This document shows positions 13,601 to 24,404 of a stretch of 64,000 nt of DNA, piece after piece. Location: NCBI GenBank assembly GCA_013239625.1, contig MU056000.1, positions 11,917,175 to 11,981,174 of the forward strand. Direction: 5' to 3'. Each line of letters begins with the position of its first letter. Position 1 is the stretch's first letter. This stretch comes from Lama guanicoe. Its lineage: Eukaryota. The notes under the pieces are model-generated. The model worked only from the letters and a program-made list of their open reading frames with translations. It did not search any database and was not told where the DNA came from. The position numbers and the translations under genes are program-made.

Positions 13601-16600
13601 CAAAGCACTGAGAGAGAACGGAAGTGAAGAAAATATTGATCCAACTTAAGCAAAACAGCTAAGACAGAGCTACCAGGTGACCTTCAGAATCTACCTCATC
13701 CGGGAGAACACAAACGCACACTGTGAGTTGTAGGTTCTCTCTCCTCAGTGTGGAAGGGGAGTGATGGGAACATGCCTCTCCAATAATCTCAGTGGTATTT
13801 TGGACAAACACACTTACCGGAAGGGAGAATCAGCTCCATGGTTTCGTCATCATATTCCAAGGTCTTTCCTGAGGGCAAGTCCTCGGTCTCATCAGGGTCC
13901 TCCCCCTCCTTGTGATCTGGGTAGCTACTCCTGAAGCAGTGGAGTGGCATTAATACAGTTAATACACAGATCAAGACCTCATGACCTAAAAGACATAAAC
14001 TGTATTTGCCAATGTGGCAAATCCATGAGCTACCTAAAGGGTGAGCGGTGGGGGGGTGTAAACAGATGCAGAGACTGCCAGATAAAAGGTTTTGGAGAAA
14101 AAAATAACCTGTTAGCATTTTCTCTGTAGTAAAATATGCAAGTTACCTACGAACGCAAAATGGATCACCGACTTAAATGTAAAATGAGTAACTATAACAA
14201 CTCCTAGAAGATAACATAGGACAAATTCTAGATGACTTAAGGTTTGGTGATGACTTTTTAGGTAATGCACCAAAAGCACAGTTCATGAAAGAAAGAATGC
14301 ATAAGCTGAACTTCATTCAAACTGAAAACTTCCGCTCTGTGAAAACCAATGCCAAGAGAATTAAAATAGAAAATACAGAATTGGAAAAAATATTTGCAGA
14401 AAACACATCTGATAAAGAATTGTTATTCAAAATATAAAAGAACTCTTAAAATTCAATAAGAAAATAAACCCGATTAAAAAAATAGACCAAAAACCTTAAC
14501 AGACCCCTCACTAAGATATACAGATGGCAAATAAGCATGTAAAGAGGTGTTTTACAGCACGTGTCACCAGAAAGACACAAATTAAAGCAGTGAGAAACCA
14601 CTACACGTGTATCTGAATGGCCAAAGTCCAGAACACAGACAACATTAGATGCTGGTGAGGACGTGGAGCCACAGGGACTCCATTCAGTGACAGTGAGAAC
14701 ACAGAAATGTACAGCTACTCAGGGAGACAGTTTGAAAGTTTCTGGCAAAACTGAACATATTCATACCACAGGGTACAGCAGTAGTGCTGCTTGGTATTCA
14801 CCCAAAGGAGCTGAAACTTATGTCCATATAAAAACCTGCATATGGAGATTTATAGCAACTTTATTCAAAATTGCTAAAACATGGAAGCAATCAAGATGTA
14901 CCTCAGTAGGTAGATATATAAATAAACTACAGCATAGCCAGACAATGGAATATTTTTGGAATTACCTGGAAAGAAATGAGCTATCAAACCAGGAGAAGAC
15001 ATGAAGGAATCTTATATGCATATTACCAAGTGAAAGAAGCCAGTCTGAAAGGCTACGTAACGTACGACGTAATGTGCGACTACTAGAGGATGCTCTGGAA
15101 AAACCATGGAGACACTGGAAAGAAGGAATTGCCAGGGGTTAGGGTGGAGGAGAGTGATGAACAGGCAGAATACAAAGGACTTTCAGGTCACTGAAACTAC
15201 TCTGTATGATACTGTAATGGTGGATACATGTCATTATAAGTACATCTGTCCAGTCTTATAGAATGAACCATACCAAGAGTGAACTCTAAACCATGGACTT
15301 TGATTATTAATTGATTCAGTGTTAACTGATGGATCAATGTAGGTTCATCAATAGTAACGAACGTACCACTTGTAGAAGATGTTGCTAATGAGGGAGGCTG
15401 TGCACGTGTGGGTAAGGGGGAATATGGGAAATCCCTGTACCTTCTGCTCAGTTTTGCTGTGAACCTAAAATTGGTTTTGAAAGAGTGAGCAAATGACTTA
15501 TAACTGAACTCTTTCCCCTACATATCTGTTTATCCTAGCAGGGTTGTGAACCAGAAAGGAAGAGAACAATGTAGAGGTGGAAATGTGGTTCTCCTCAATT
15601 TAATCATTATAAAAACAAGTTCGAGAACAGTGACGTCCAGTAGAACCCTAGAAAGACAGAAATTTTCTGTCTGAGTCCAACATGGTAGCTACCAGTCACA
15701 TGTGCTTTTAAGCACTGAGTTTTGGATTATAGGCAGTACAACTGAAGAATTCAATTTTTAAATTTTTAGATTAATTTTTAGTTAACGTAAATGGCCACAT
15801 GAGCACCCCTATTATTTATCATACTAAACACCACAGTTCTAGAAGAATCTCTGTTTCTAGAAATATTCACACACATAAAAATAATTAAAGAAAGGCACAC
15901 TAAACGTGAATAGTAAGGCAGATAAGCCAATAGGAAAATAGACGAAAGACTTAGTCAGACACTTCACAAGAAATAAGCTAAATGAGCACTTATATATAAA
16001 AAAGTTCTCAACTACCTTAGTGCTCATTAGGGAAATGCAAATTAAAACCACAATGGATATACACTGCACAGCCACCAAAGAGACTACAATGAAAAACTCT
16101 CCCTCTCTACAAGTGAGAAATGAGAAATCAGGACGAAAAGGCAAAAGGACAATTTATAAGACTAGAACTTTTCTGAACACCCGTATCAGGTGGGCTCTGC
16201 ACACCTGGCATGGTCATTACACACACCGGCTTGCACAGCACACCTGTGCTAGGTCATAGGCATCTGGACACTAGGAACCAGATGTTCCGCAGTGCCTAGC
16301 ATGAATGTGTGGCATGATGTGGGACTTAGAAAGCCGCCACCCATCCAGACTCCCTTAGGAGACAGCTTGTGATTCAAGGACTCTCAGGGAAACCAAAATG
16401 TGAAACCTCATTTCCAGGCCTCTGTTCATGAGGTCACTGGCAAAGCTGAACTTCTGACCATTGAAACCACAAAAACAAGTTTTCAAATCAGACAAACTTC
16501 AGTTTGGCCCTGACATCTTCTCTTTATCAGGTATGTGTGTTTAACTCTGTGACACTCAGTTTCGCAGCTACAACATGACAGGAAATAACCCCCTCCTATG

Positions 16601-18590
16601 CAAGTGTTCTCAGAGGTACCAAGAATCCTGCACTGGACAGAGCCAGACAAAGGTCAGGCCTGGGCGTATCTACACCACTTCAGAGCAAATGGGATGAACT
16701 CACCACCCCCCTCCATATTACAAACCACAGACTTACCTAAAATCATAGAAGTCTGCAAATTCCAAAAGAGCGTCTCCATCTGTGAAGAGCTTACAGTGAC
16801 TCCTGTCATTCATGTGAGCCTGCACAGCTTCCGTGGAGTAGAAGGATTTCCCTTTCTCGTTGCACCACAAGCAAATCTTTCCGACACCAACTTTCTCTCC
16901 TGGAAAAGTAAGTTGAGGAGAAAAATATGAAAGCAGCTTTTTGCAGCCAGCTTACATCTCACCATCTATCTCCACAGTTCAAAAAATATGCATCAAGTTT
17001 TGGATTCTCACAAAATGAGCAGATCATTCAATCCAAGATGGATGAGAAACACAAAACTCATGTTCCCTTAAGACCTGCCCCCCAATACTGCGATCTTTCA
17101 TTATTAAAAAAGAAAAACTATTACACTTACCCAAATATTTAATCAGTCCCTTAAGATCCGAAAGATATTCTATGTCAGGAATAAAGAAGCTGTGGACTTT
17201 GGTCATATGCGCCACATTCTTCATGAGGGAGCTTGAATGATGGGGACAAAATAAGCAGTCCGTCACGGGGATGGCGCCAATGGGGGCGCTCACTCCAGTC
17301 TCTTCCTCCTCTGCATCCTGCTCCTCCTCCTCGTCCATGGCTTCAGCATCCTCACACTCCAATTCCTCATCAGAATCAAGATCTTCCCAGTCTTCCAGCC
17401 AGAGATTTGAAAAACAGAGTTAGTTGAAGATCTCAAACGTTATTCATTTACCACAGACAAGTTTGCATGGCTAAGAAATGCTTTAGTCTTTCTTTTCCAG
17501 GACACAGTAAACCCTTTGAAGGAGACGTATGCTCCTTTGCTATGCACATGTGAACTCACGTAATTAGTGTTAATGGTATGTGGCATGAGGGAAATATAGC
17601 TCATCAAGTCAAGGTGGCTAGGCTGCTAGCTCCAAGCTCACATTTCAGGTTAGCCAGCAGATTCTGGACACTTCAAAGTAAAGCAAAGCCATCATAACCA
17701 GCAACCCAAAAGAATTTGACATTCCACAGCAGACGGTGCGGCAGCAACATGTCCTCATATGCATATGTTCTGTACACTAGAAACTAATACAACACTGTAA
17801 ATCAACTATACTTCTATTTTAAAAAAGAGAAAAAACTAAAAAAAACCTCATTCAAAATGGAGAAAGCATCCACTCATCCTACAAATATTTATTAACTGCT
17901 CCTCCCTGCCCCCGCACCCCTCAGTTAATGTTTCAGTCCCTGAATCTACAACAGTGAACTAAACACACAAATGCCCTATGGGGATGCTGGCCACACAAGC
18001 CACTTCAGAATGCGTCAAAACCAGCCTCACTCATCACTTTCACTTAAGAAATAACACCTGCTCACTCCAACCTGCAAGTTAAATCTGTAAACTTACGGGG
18101 TATGGAGTCAATCCCCTCCCCCTCCCCCACCCCGCCCCCCAGACCAGGGCACAAGGGGCGCCTTCTTGGGTGACGTGGACGGCTGGGCCTTGATGGCCTG
18201 CTGGATGGCCGCGTTCACCGCATCCTTGTCCACACTGTCCACGCCCAGCCCTTTCTCCAAGTTCTTTTCATTCATTATCGCCACTTTCCTACTCACCGCC
18301 TTCTTCTCCAGCTCCACATGCCGCCGGGACTTGAGATGGTTTTCGTAGGCCTTGAAGGAGGCAAACTTCTTACTGCAGACGGCACAGTAGGTGGCCGCGC
18401 CCTTGCTCTCCGGCTCCGCCAGGGCCCGCTGCGCCCGCACCCGCTCCTGGAAGCCCTCGGCGCTGACCGGGGCCATGCCGGCCACTTTGCGCCTCAGGTT
18501 GTAGCGGTGCCAGTCCGTCTTGTAGTGGGCCCGCTGCGCCTCCGCGTCGTACAGCGCCACGCGGCAGGTGTTGCAGGTGTAGGTCGCCAT
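10541..18590 (-). CDS. ZNF622: ZNF622 (Rei1/Reh1 orthologue, cytoplasmic 60S maturation factor), 6 coding exons; 3' boundary of exon 1 unresolved
   Basis: Translated exons give MATYTC..CRVA..QRAHYKTDWHRYNLRRKVA, the second zinc finger YC.VCSKKF...ENHLKSRRH, DCLFCPHH, KICLWCNEKGKSF, ELILPSGARVGHRSLMRYYKQ and C-terminal HFRPQVLF*. Exons 2-6 have GT-AG boundaries and compatible phases (261,163,113,144,128 nt). Confidence 0.96.
11635..11778 (-). CDS. ZNF622: ZNF622 exon 5
   Basis: aaaacag|GTGCCAGA; ARVGHRSLMRYYKQRFGLSRAVAVAKNQKAVGRVLQQYRALGWTGST; CAG|gtgcgg; 144 nt. Confidence 0.95.
12247..12431. mobile_element. MER20 (hAT-Charlie) DNA transposon
   Basis: cagtggttctcaa...caggggacat.tggcaatg.ctggag...gaggccagggatg...gcacaggacagcc...aaatgtc.acagtgctgag. 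Confidence 0.8.
13818..13930 (-). CDS. ZNF622: ZNF622 exon 4
   Basis: ttcag|GAGTAGC; SSYPDHKEGEDPDETEDLPSGKTLEYDDETMELILPS; CCG|gtaagt; 113 nt. Confidence 0.95.
14155..15480 (+). mobile_element. Old L1 (L1M-type) ORF2 3' end plus 3'UTR in ZNF622 intron 3
   Basis: Degenerate ORF2 C-terminus (ORF 14663..15004: ETYVHIKTCIWRFIATLFKIAKTWKQSRC) followed by L1 3'UTR ending tttgctgtgaacctaaaa. Confidence 0.85.
15668..15835. mobile_element. MER3/MER33-like hAT-Charlie fragment
   Basis: gtccaacatggtagctaccagtcacatgtg...taaatggccacatg. Confidence 0.6.
16737..16899 (-). CDS. ZNF622: ZNF622 exon 3
   Basis: ttttccag|GAGAGAAAGTT; EKVGVGKICLWCNEKGKSFYSTEAVQAHMNDRSHCKLFTDGDALLEFADFYDF; TTAG|gtaagt; 163 nt (not in the ORF track). 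Confidence 0.95.
17131..17391 (-). CDS. ZNF622: ZNF622 exon 2
   Basis: ggctggaag|ACTGGGAAGAT (phase 1; WEDLDSDEELECED...DCLFCPHHSSSLMKNVAHMTKVHSFFIPDIEYLSDLKGLIKYL) ...TTGG|gtaagt; 261 nt. Confidence 0.95.
17768..17846 (+). mobile_element. Short L1 3'-terminal fragment with A-rich tail in ZNF622 intron 1
   Basis: ctgtacactagaaactaatacaacactgtaaatcaactatact followed by an A-rich tail. Confidence 0.7.
18097..18590 (-). CDS. ZNF622: ZNF622 exon 1 (ATG at 18590; two C2H2-type zinc fingers); 3' end uncertain (18097 or 18131)
   Basis: ORF 18108..18659 contains MATYTCNTCR...KKAP. As assembled there is an in-frame TGA at 18110-18108. Candidate donors: CCC|GTAAGT (18097|18096) and GGG|GTGGGG (18131|18130). 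Confidence 0.85.
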
Positions 18591-19320
18591 CGCCAGGCGT
18601 GAACTAAGAGGCGACAAAGGCAGAAATCTGGGGACCAGCCACCCGACCCTACCAGACACTCAAACCTCACACGTCAGAACCCACGGAAAGCCAGACTGCA
18701 GGCCGACTTCCGGACTGGATCGAGGTTAGGCCCAGCCGGGCAGGAAGTCCCGCCTCCCGAACTATAGCCCCGCCCCCCCGCGGAGACTCCCGGGAAAGCT
18801 AGGATAGCCTTCGGCCAATTCGGTCTGGCCTAGTTCGCCTGAGGTGAGTGTTGATTGAGTCGCCCGAGGTGGGCGTGGCCTGAGGTGGGTATGGGGCGGC
18901 CCCGCCCTCGCTGGTTTGGGCCTTGGTGGTCGTGCAGTGAAGCGGGATGCTGGGAAGGCGACCGTCAGGCCGGAAGGGGGAGTGGGGCGCCCGGGCCCGG
19001 GAGGAGAGGTCTGTGCGACCGTTGGCGGTCCGGGCTTCTCTGAGGTCCGCCCGCTGCGCCGCTGCAGCCCGGGAGTGGGTGTCACGAGAGCCAGGGCTGC
19101 TGGTTAGCTCTCGGGGGAGCACCTGAGCTCTCGCCCCGCGGGCAGGAGTCCCGGCAAACCGCAGCCTCAGGTCGGAGTTTGAGGGAATTCACAGCAGAAG
19201 CCGAGTCCAGGTCGGAATCTCGGCGTTTCTGCGGCGGCCGGCCCTGCGGAGGGCGCGGGGGAGCTCGTGGATGCAGAGTCTGCCAGCCGGGGGCCCAGGG
19301 CCCAGCCCATCCTCTGCCCG
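18170..19320. promoter_or_regulatory. ZNF622: CpG island / TATA-less ZNF622 promoter
   Basis: Very GC- and CpG-rich across exon 1 and upstream. ETS/GABP motifs ACTTCCGG (18706-18713) and CAGGAAGT (18741-18748), GC boxes CCCGCC (18749-18754) and GCCCCGCCCC (18767-18776), CCAAT at 18815. Confidence 0.85.
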
Positions 19321-19337
19321 GTATAAATAGAATTCCA

Positions 19338-19580
19338 GCCACATAGCTCATCTTAAATCTAAGAGTAGCCACATTTTTTTAAAAGCAAAAAGAAAGAGGC
19401 GAGATAGCCATATTTTATTTAACCCAGTATATTATCATCTTAACGTGTAATTAATAAGACAAAGGATTTAATGAGACATTTTACGTTGGCTTGTTGGTAC
19501 CAAATCTTGGGTACCAATCCAAGTATGTATTTTACATTTAACAGCACATCTGACTTCGGGCCAGCCTCATTTCATGCGCT
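19338..19580. mobile_element. MER33/MER3-like hAT-Charlie element
   Basis: atattttatttaacccagtatat...gtattttacatttaacagcacatct. Confidence 0.6.
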
Positions 19581-20239
19581 ATGTTACCTCTGTTGTTTCA
19601 TAGGTGGTAATTCAGTTGTACAGGAAGCATGATGTTAAAGGCTTAGGGAATTCTTACACTCATCTGCACAGCCTTGCTGAACCAGTCAGCCTGTTTCAGA
19701 ACTGAGCGGTTGCATGTTTAGAGTCCAAGTGACCCAGGGCACCAAAGAAGATAAAGATGTTTTTTAAAATGCAGGTCAAATCATATTGCTCTCCTTCCTC
19801 AAAATCCTCTGGTGCTTCCCCTGACTCAGAATAAAATTCAGACCCTTTACTGCTGTGGTCTGAATGTGTTCCCCCACAATTCATAATTTTCTTCCTGCCT
19901 TCTCTAATCCATTCCCACGACCCATTTCGGCATCTTTGAACTCTCCAGTTTCCTTACTTACTGTCTTCAAAGGGACATTGTTTTCTCCACCATATTAATT
20001 TTCCAGTGGACTGCAGTTCTACTGCAATCTCTGAGAGAGCCTTCTCTTCCCTCTTGGTCTACCCTGCAGCACAGAGATAACCACACTAATTCTCCTCAAC
20101 CATATTTCCTCTTGTGTCCCTCATGTAGTTCCAGAATGGTTGTCTGTTGCCCACAGATGAAGTTTAAATTTCTTTGTCTGGTTTTCAGTATCTCTTAAAG
20201 CCTCTCCACCATGCTATCTCCAGGAATACGTGTGTGTGT

Positions 20240-20822
20240 TTTGTTTTGTTTTTTTCTAGACTACCAAGCAATTGTGCAGCACCAGCTGGGTGTCCTCCAG
20301 TTAACTCAATTCTAACACTATCTACCTGGAGATGATGTCAGGTCCCACAGGTTAGGTGTTCAGTCCCTCAAGAGTAGTTCCACTTCAGAACCCGACTCCA
20401 AGTCTAGTGTTATGTGTGCTTCTGAACAATTAGCTGTAAATCAGAGGTTTCCATGATCCCCTCCTCAGGTTCGATTAATTTACTAGAGCAGCTCACAGAA
20501 CTCTGGAAACTATTTACTAGATTGCCAGTTTATTACAAAGGATATTAAAGGATGTAAATGATGAACAGCCATATGAGGAGATACATAGGGTGAGGTCAGG
20601 AGGTCTCCAAACACAGGAGATTCTGTCCCCCTGGAGTTCTGGTTGGGACACCCTCTCAGCCAGGCTACCTAGGGGCTTTACAAAAGTCACCTCATCAACG
20701 TAAGAAAAGACACTTTTTATCACTCTCATCACTTAAGATCTTTCAAGGGTTTTAGGAACTCTGTGCCAGGAATGGGACAAAGACCAAATATCTCTACCTT
20801 ACTATAAATCACAATATCACAC
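20240..20822. mobile_element. MER21-type ERV LTR
   Basis: accagctgggtgtcct...caattctaacactatctacctggag...gattaatttactagagcagctcacagaactc...ataaatcacaatatcaca. Confidence 0.75.
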
Positions 20823-22476
20823 TATATAATATCCTATTGGTTTTAAATTAAAACACCCCTGTCTTCAAGGAGATTTTTCTGACTTGTTAAGGATGGTAAG
20901 AACTACACAATTAACTAATACAATAAAAATGGAGTCAAGTACAATGAAATACAAAGAAAGGGGCAATGTGTATTTAGAATAGAAAAATGTTATCAGGGAG
21001 ATCAGAAAAGTTTTCACTGTATACCTGAAATTAATACAATATTGTAAATCAACTATAGTTAAATTAAAAGTTTTCATTAAGGAGTTGACATTGCAATGGG
21101 TCCTGAGGAGGGGAAAGTGGATAAAGTGGGGTGGAGCAGGTAGAAGAGATACAGTGGATGGAGGGAAATAGGCATATTCAGGAAGAGTGCAGGTCTGGTT
21201 TGTGTGAGGGAAAAGGTACAGGGAAAGAAGGGGAAAGAGGACAGGGAAGTTAAGGTATCACTGGGTAAAGAGCTGAATTCTAGAGTTGGCTGTTCGTTTT
21301 TCAGCTGGTAAACAGGAGGACTCTGAAAGTGTTTCCGTTTTTATGGGCATCAGGAATAGACCTGGGCCTTGAGTAGATCCAGCAGCAGTATCTGGAACTG
21401 ATTGGAGAAATACCAGAAAGGAACCGGGCTAGAGCCAGTAGCTCCTCGGTAAATGCAAGCCCACTGACCAAGAGACTTTTGAGGTGAATTTCTCCACAGC
21501 ATATCTAGAGCAGTATGTTAATGTGTCTAACCTCTGCTGGTAATGCTATCAAGAATGTTTATTACCAAATCAGTCATTCTTCCAAAGAAGAATGAGTTTG
21601 CCCATGATCAAAATTTTAGATTTGAAAATAATGGAAATTAGAATTCCTTCTGGATACTGTGACATAGCCCTTAAAATAATTTGCTTAATTACCAAATTAC
21701 TGAAGTTACTGTGCACAGTGACAGTACCCACGAGGATGTTCTTTTTCAGCTTGGATGACACTGGGATGGTGATCTTTGATAATTACAAAGTTTAAGATAA
21801 AAGCTAATCAGGTCACCTTCCAGTCAATTGATACTACTTTCCATATTCCTATATTGCAGGGGCAATGATTTTTAAAGGGATAAGTATAAGTATAAGGTGA
21901 TTGGGTTAGTTGAGATTAAATTTTAGGGGGTAGTAAATATAGACTGCAAAACTGACATACATTTATTAAGTGGTTTACAACTTCTATGAATTTCGTGTTC
22001 ATAAAAATGTTAAGTAAAGCATTATGATTTTGAATAAACCATTTTAAAACATTTTACTACCTCTTAGTTTTTAGATATCTAGATATGCAAAGTTTTCTTA
22101 ACAAGGGATTGAAGTTTATAGCAAAATTTGGTTATTGCAGCATTTAAAATAGTTGGGTCAGCTGGCATGTGGATTCTTTGAAAAAAAGAAAAAACTAAAT
22201 TAAAAAATCATTCTTTAATATTTAGTGAAATTCTGTTAAACTGTTATAATTATCATTCTTAATGTATTTTAAAAAACCAAAAAACATTAGGTAAGGTGAC
22301 ATATTAGAAAGAGAACAGGCTTTGGGGTCAAAGTGGCTCTTCCTCTTAGTAGTTATGTGACTCTGGACAATTTATTTGACCCCCTCCTTCTGAAAAATGC
22401 CCTTAATACCACTTAATTGTAGAGGCATGAGGATTACACACAATCCTAACTGTGACAGTTTTCTATTATGTTAGAC

Positions 22477-22811
22477 TGAGGATTGGCAGACTTTTCCTAT
22501 AAAGGGACAGATAGGAACTATTTTAGGTTCTGTAGCCTATGTTCTCTGTCATAACCATTCAGCTTCTCTGTTAAGAGCATCAGACTCGGCATAGACAGAA
22601 CATAACTGAGTGCGGCCCTCTCCTATCCATAGGTAGTAAATCACTACCTATGGATACTGAAGTTTAAATTTCATTATCTTTTTCGTATGTCATAAAATAT
22701 TCATTTTTTTTGAACTATTTAAAAATATTTTAAAAATCACTTTTCACTAGTGTCCCATAAAAACAGGCTGCAGGCCCAGTTTGGCTCATGGGCAGCAATT
22801 TGCCAACCCCG
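22477..22811. mobile_element. MER58-type hAT-Charlie element
   Basis: Terminal gaggattggca.acttttc.tataaaggg..agatag and ...tttgccaacccc. Confidence 0.75.
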
Positions 22812-24398
22812 GTCTTCGACGTTTAATTCTTATGACATGCTGTGAGGTAGGTGCCTTTATCCTAATTTTATAGATGAAGGAAGCAGGTACAGATAGGTTC
22901 GGTGACTTGAAGTCCCACAGCCGGTACATGTTAGAATCATTCATTAGCCATTTTGAACCTTACAGATGTTTCAGAGTCAAGTGAAATAATAGACAATTTT
23001 CCAACCTTTCCATCCTCTTATTCCACTCTATTTATTAGATTATGAGGCCAATATGGGACAGGCCCATTAAAAGAAACTTTGAATTTTTTCTGTAAGCATG
23101 TACTTCATTGAATTTTCTTTTTAATGTTCAAAAAGATGGCTTAGCTGAAAAAGGAAAAAATCACTATCTTAGTTTTATACAGCTTTTTTTCCCCTGAAAG
23201 GGCTTCAGACACTTTTTTTTTCTTTCATTCATTCTCAAAACATCCCTGTGTGAGAGAAATAGCTTCCTAATTTTATGTCTGGGGAGACTGAGGTGGTGGT
23301 TTTGGGGTGTTATTGTGACTTGACATTGTGTCTTACAGCCATAATATTACCAACAGAACTAGAACTCCTAATTCTGACATCCTATCCTAACTTAAATGCT
23401 GCAGCGGAAAGGGAGGAGTAATACACAGAAATACAGTTCAGGGACTTTGTGTTCATGATACACACGACCTCTGACAACAGTAGTTGAATGAAAGTTTTCC
23501 AGATCATGTCCTACTTGTAACTGACATCGCTGGAGCAGTGTAGGGAACTACATCCACCTAAGTTTTAAACAGAAGAGGAAAACTTCTACATCACTGTCCT
23601 CTTAAATGAAGACTTGCTCCTGGCCTAAGATCAGCAGTATACTGGCACTTGCCACTTGTTTCAAATGTAAGAGTGAGATGCCTCTGTGGGTTCAAGATGT
23701 TTGCCAATTGCCAAACGTCATAAAAGTTTCTTCTCCTAATATTCCACTCAACTGGGGAGGGGTAGTTTTGTTTAAAAAAATTATGAAGTTTTTAGGGTAA
23801 GAAAAGAGTAAAGACGTTTCAGAATGAGAATATAAACACTGAGTTGGCCTTCCAAAACAAGCTTGAACTTGAGCCCTGCTTTACTGTTTCAGACCAAAAT
23901 GCAGGATCAGTGTATGCTTTTCCCATTATATGATTTTGCTCAGCATTTTCTACCGAATGTGAACAAAACATCTTTCTACAGCTCCTCTATAATTAAGAAT
24001 AAAATCCATGCTTCATATTTTAATGACTGCATAAATTCTCACGGTACGGGATATGTAATTTCCCACTGTACTGGATCAATCATAGGATTCATTGTTAGTA
24101 CACCAGAGATAGGACTACATGTAATGTTCCCCCCCCAAAAAACTACACACACTGAAAACAAACCTCTCAACATCCCTATGTGTGATAGAATTAAGAGTAC
24201 CATTATTGCATTGTGTAAATTTATAATCACGTATGTTCTTGAACAAATACTATTGAAGTGCATGTGTGGTTTTAAAGCTGCTGTCCACAGAGAGCTGGTA
24301 TATCTCCCCTGTGGAACTGGCAACACATTTTTCTACCCTACCAACCTCCCCATCCCCAAGTTGCTCTTAATTTAGAGTTTATAACATTCGATTCTAGC

Positions 24399-24404
24399 TT
24401 TATT
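24399..24404 (-). terminator. RETREG1: Candidate RETREG1 polyadenylation signal AATAAA
   Basis: tttatt on + strand about 2 kb past the stop, after AT-rich, repeat-poor 3'UTR-like sequence; actual cleavage site not determinable. Confidence 0.4.

Noticed and set aside
14663..15004. 113-aa ORF as a gene
   Set aside because: Degenerate L1 ORF2 C-terminal remnant inside an old L1.
18591..18659. N-terminal extension of ZNF622 (MSGRVGWL...) in the ORF track
   Set aside because: Begins at a non-ATG codon in the 5'UTR; the conserved start is MATYTC at 18590.
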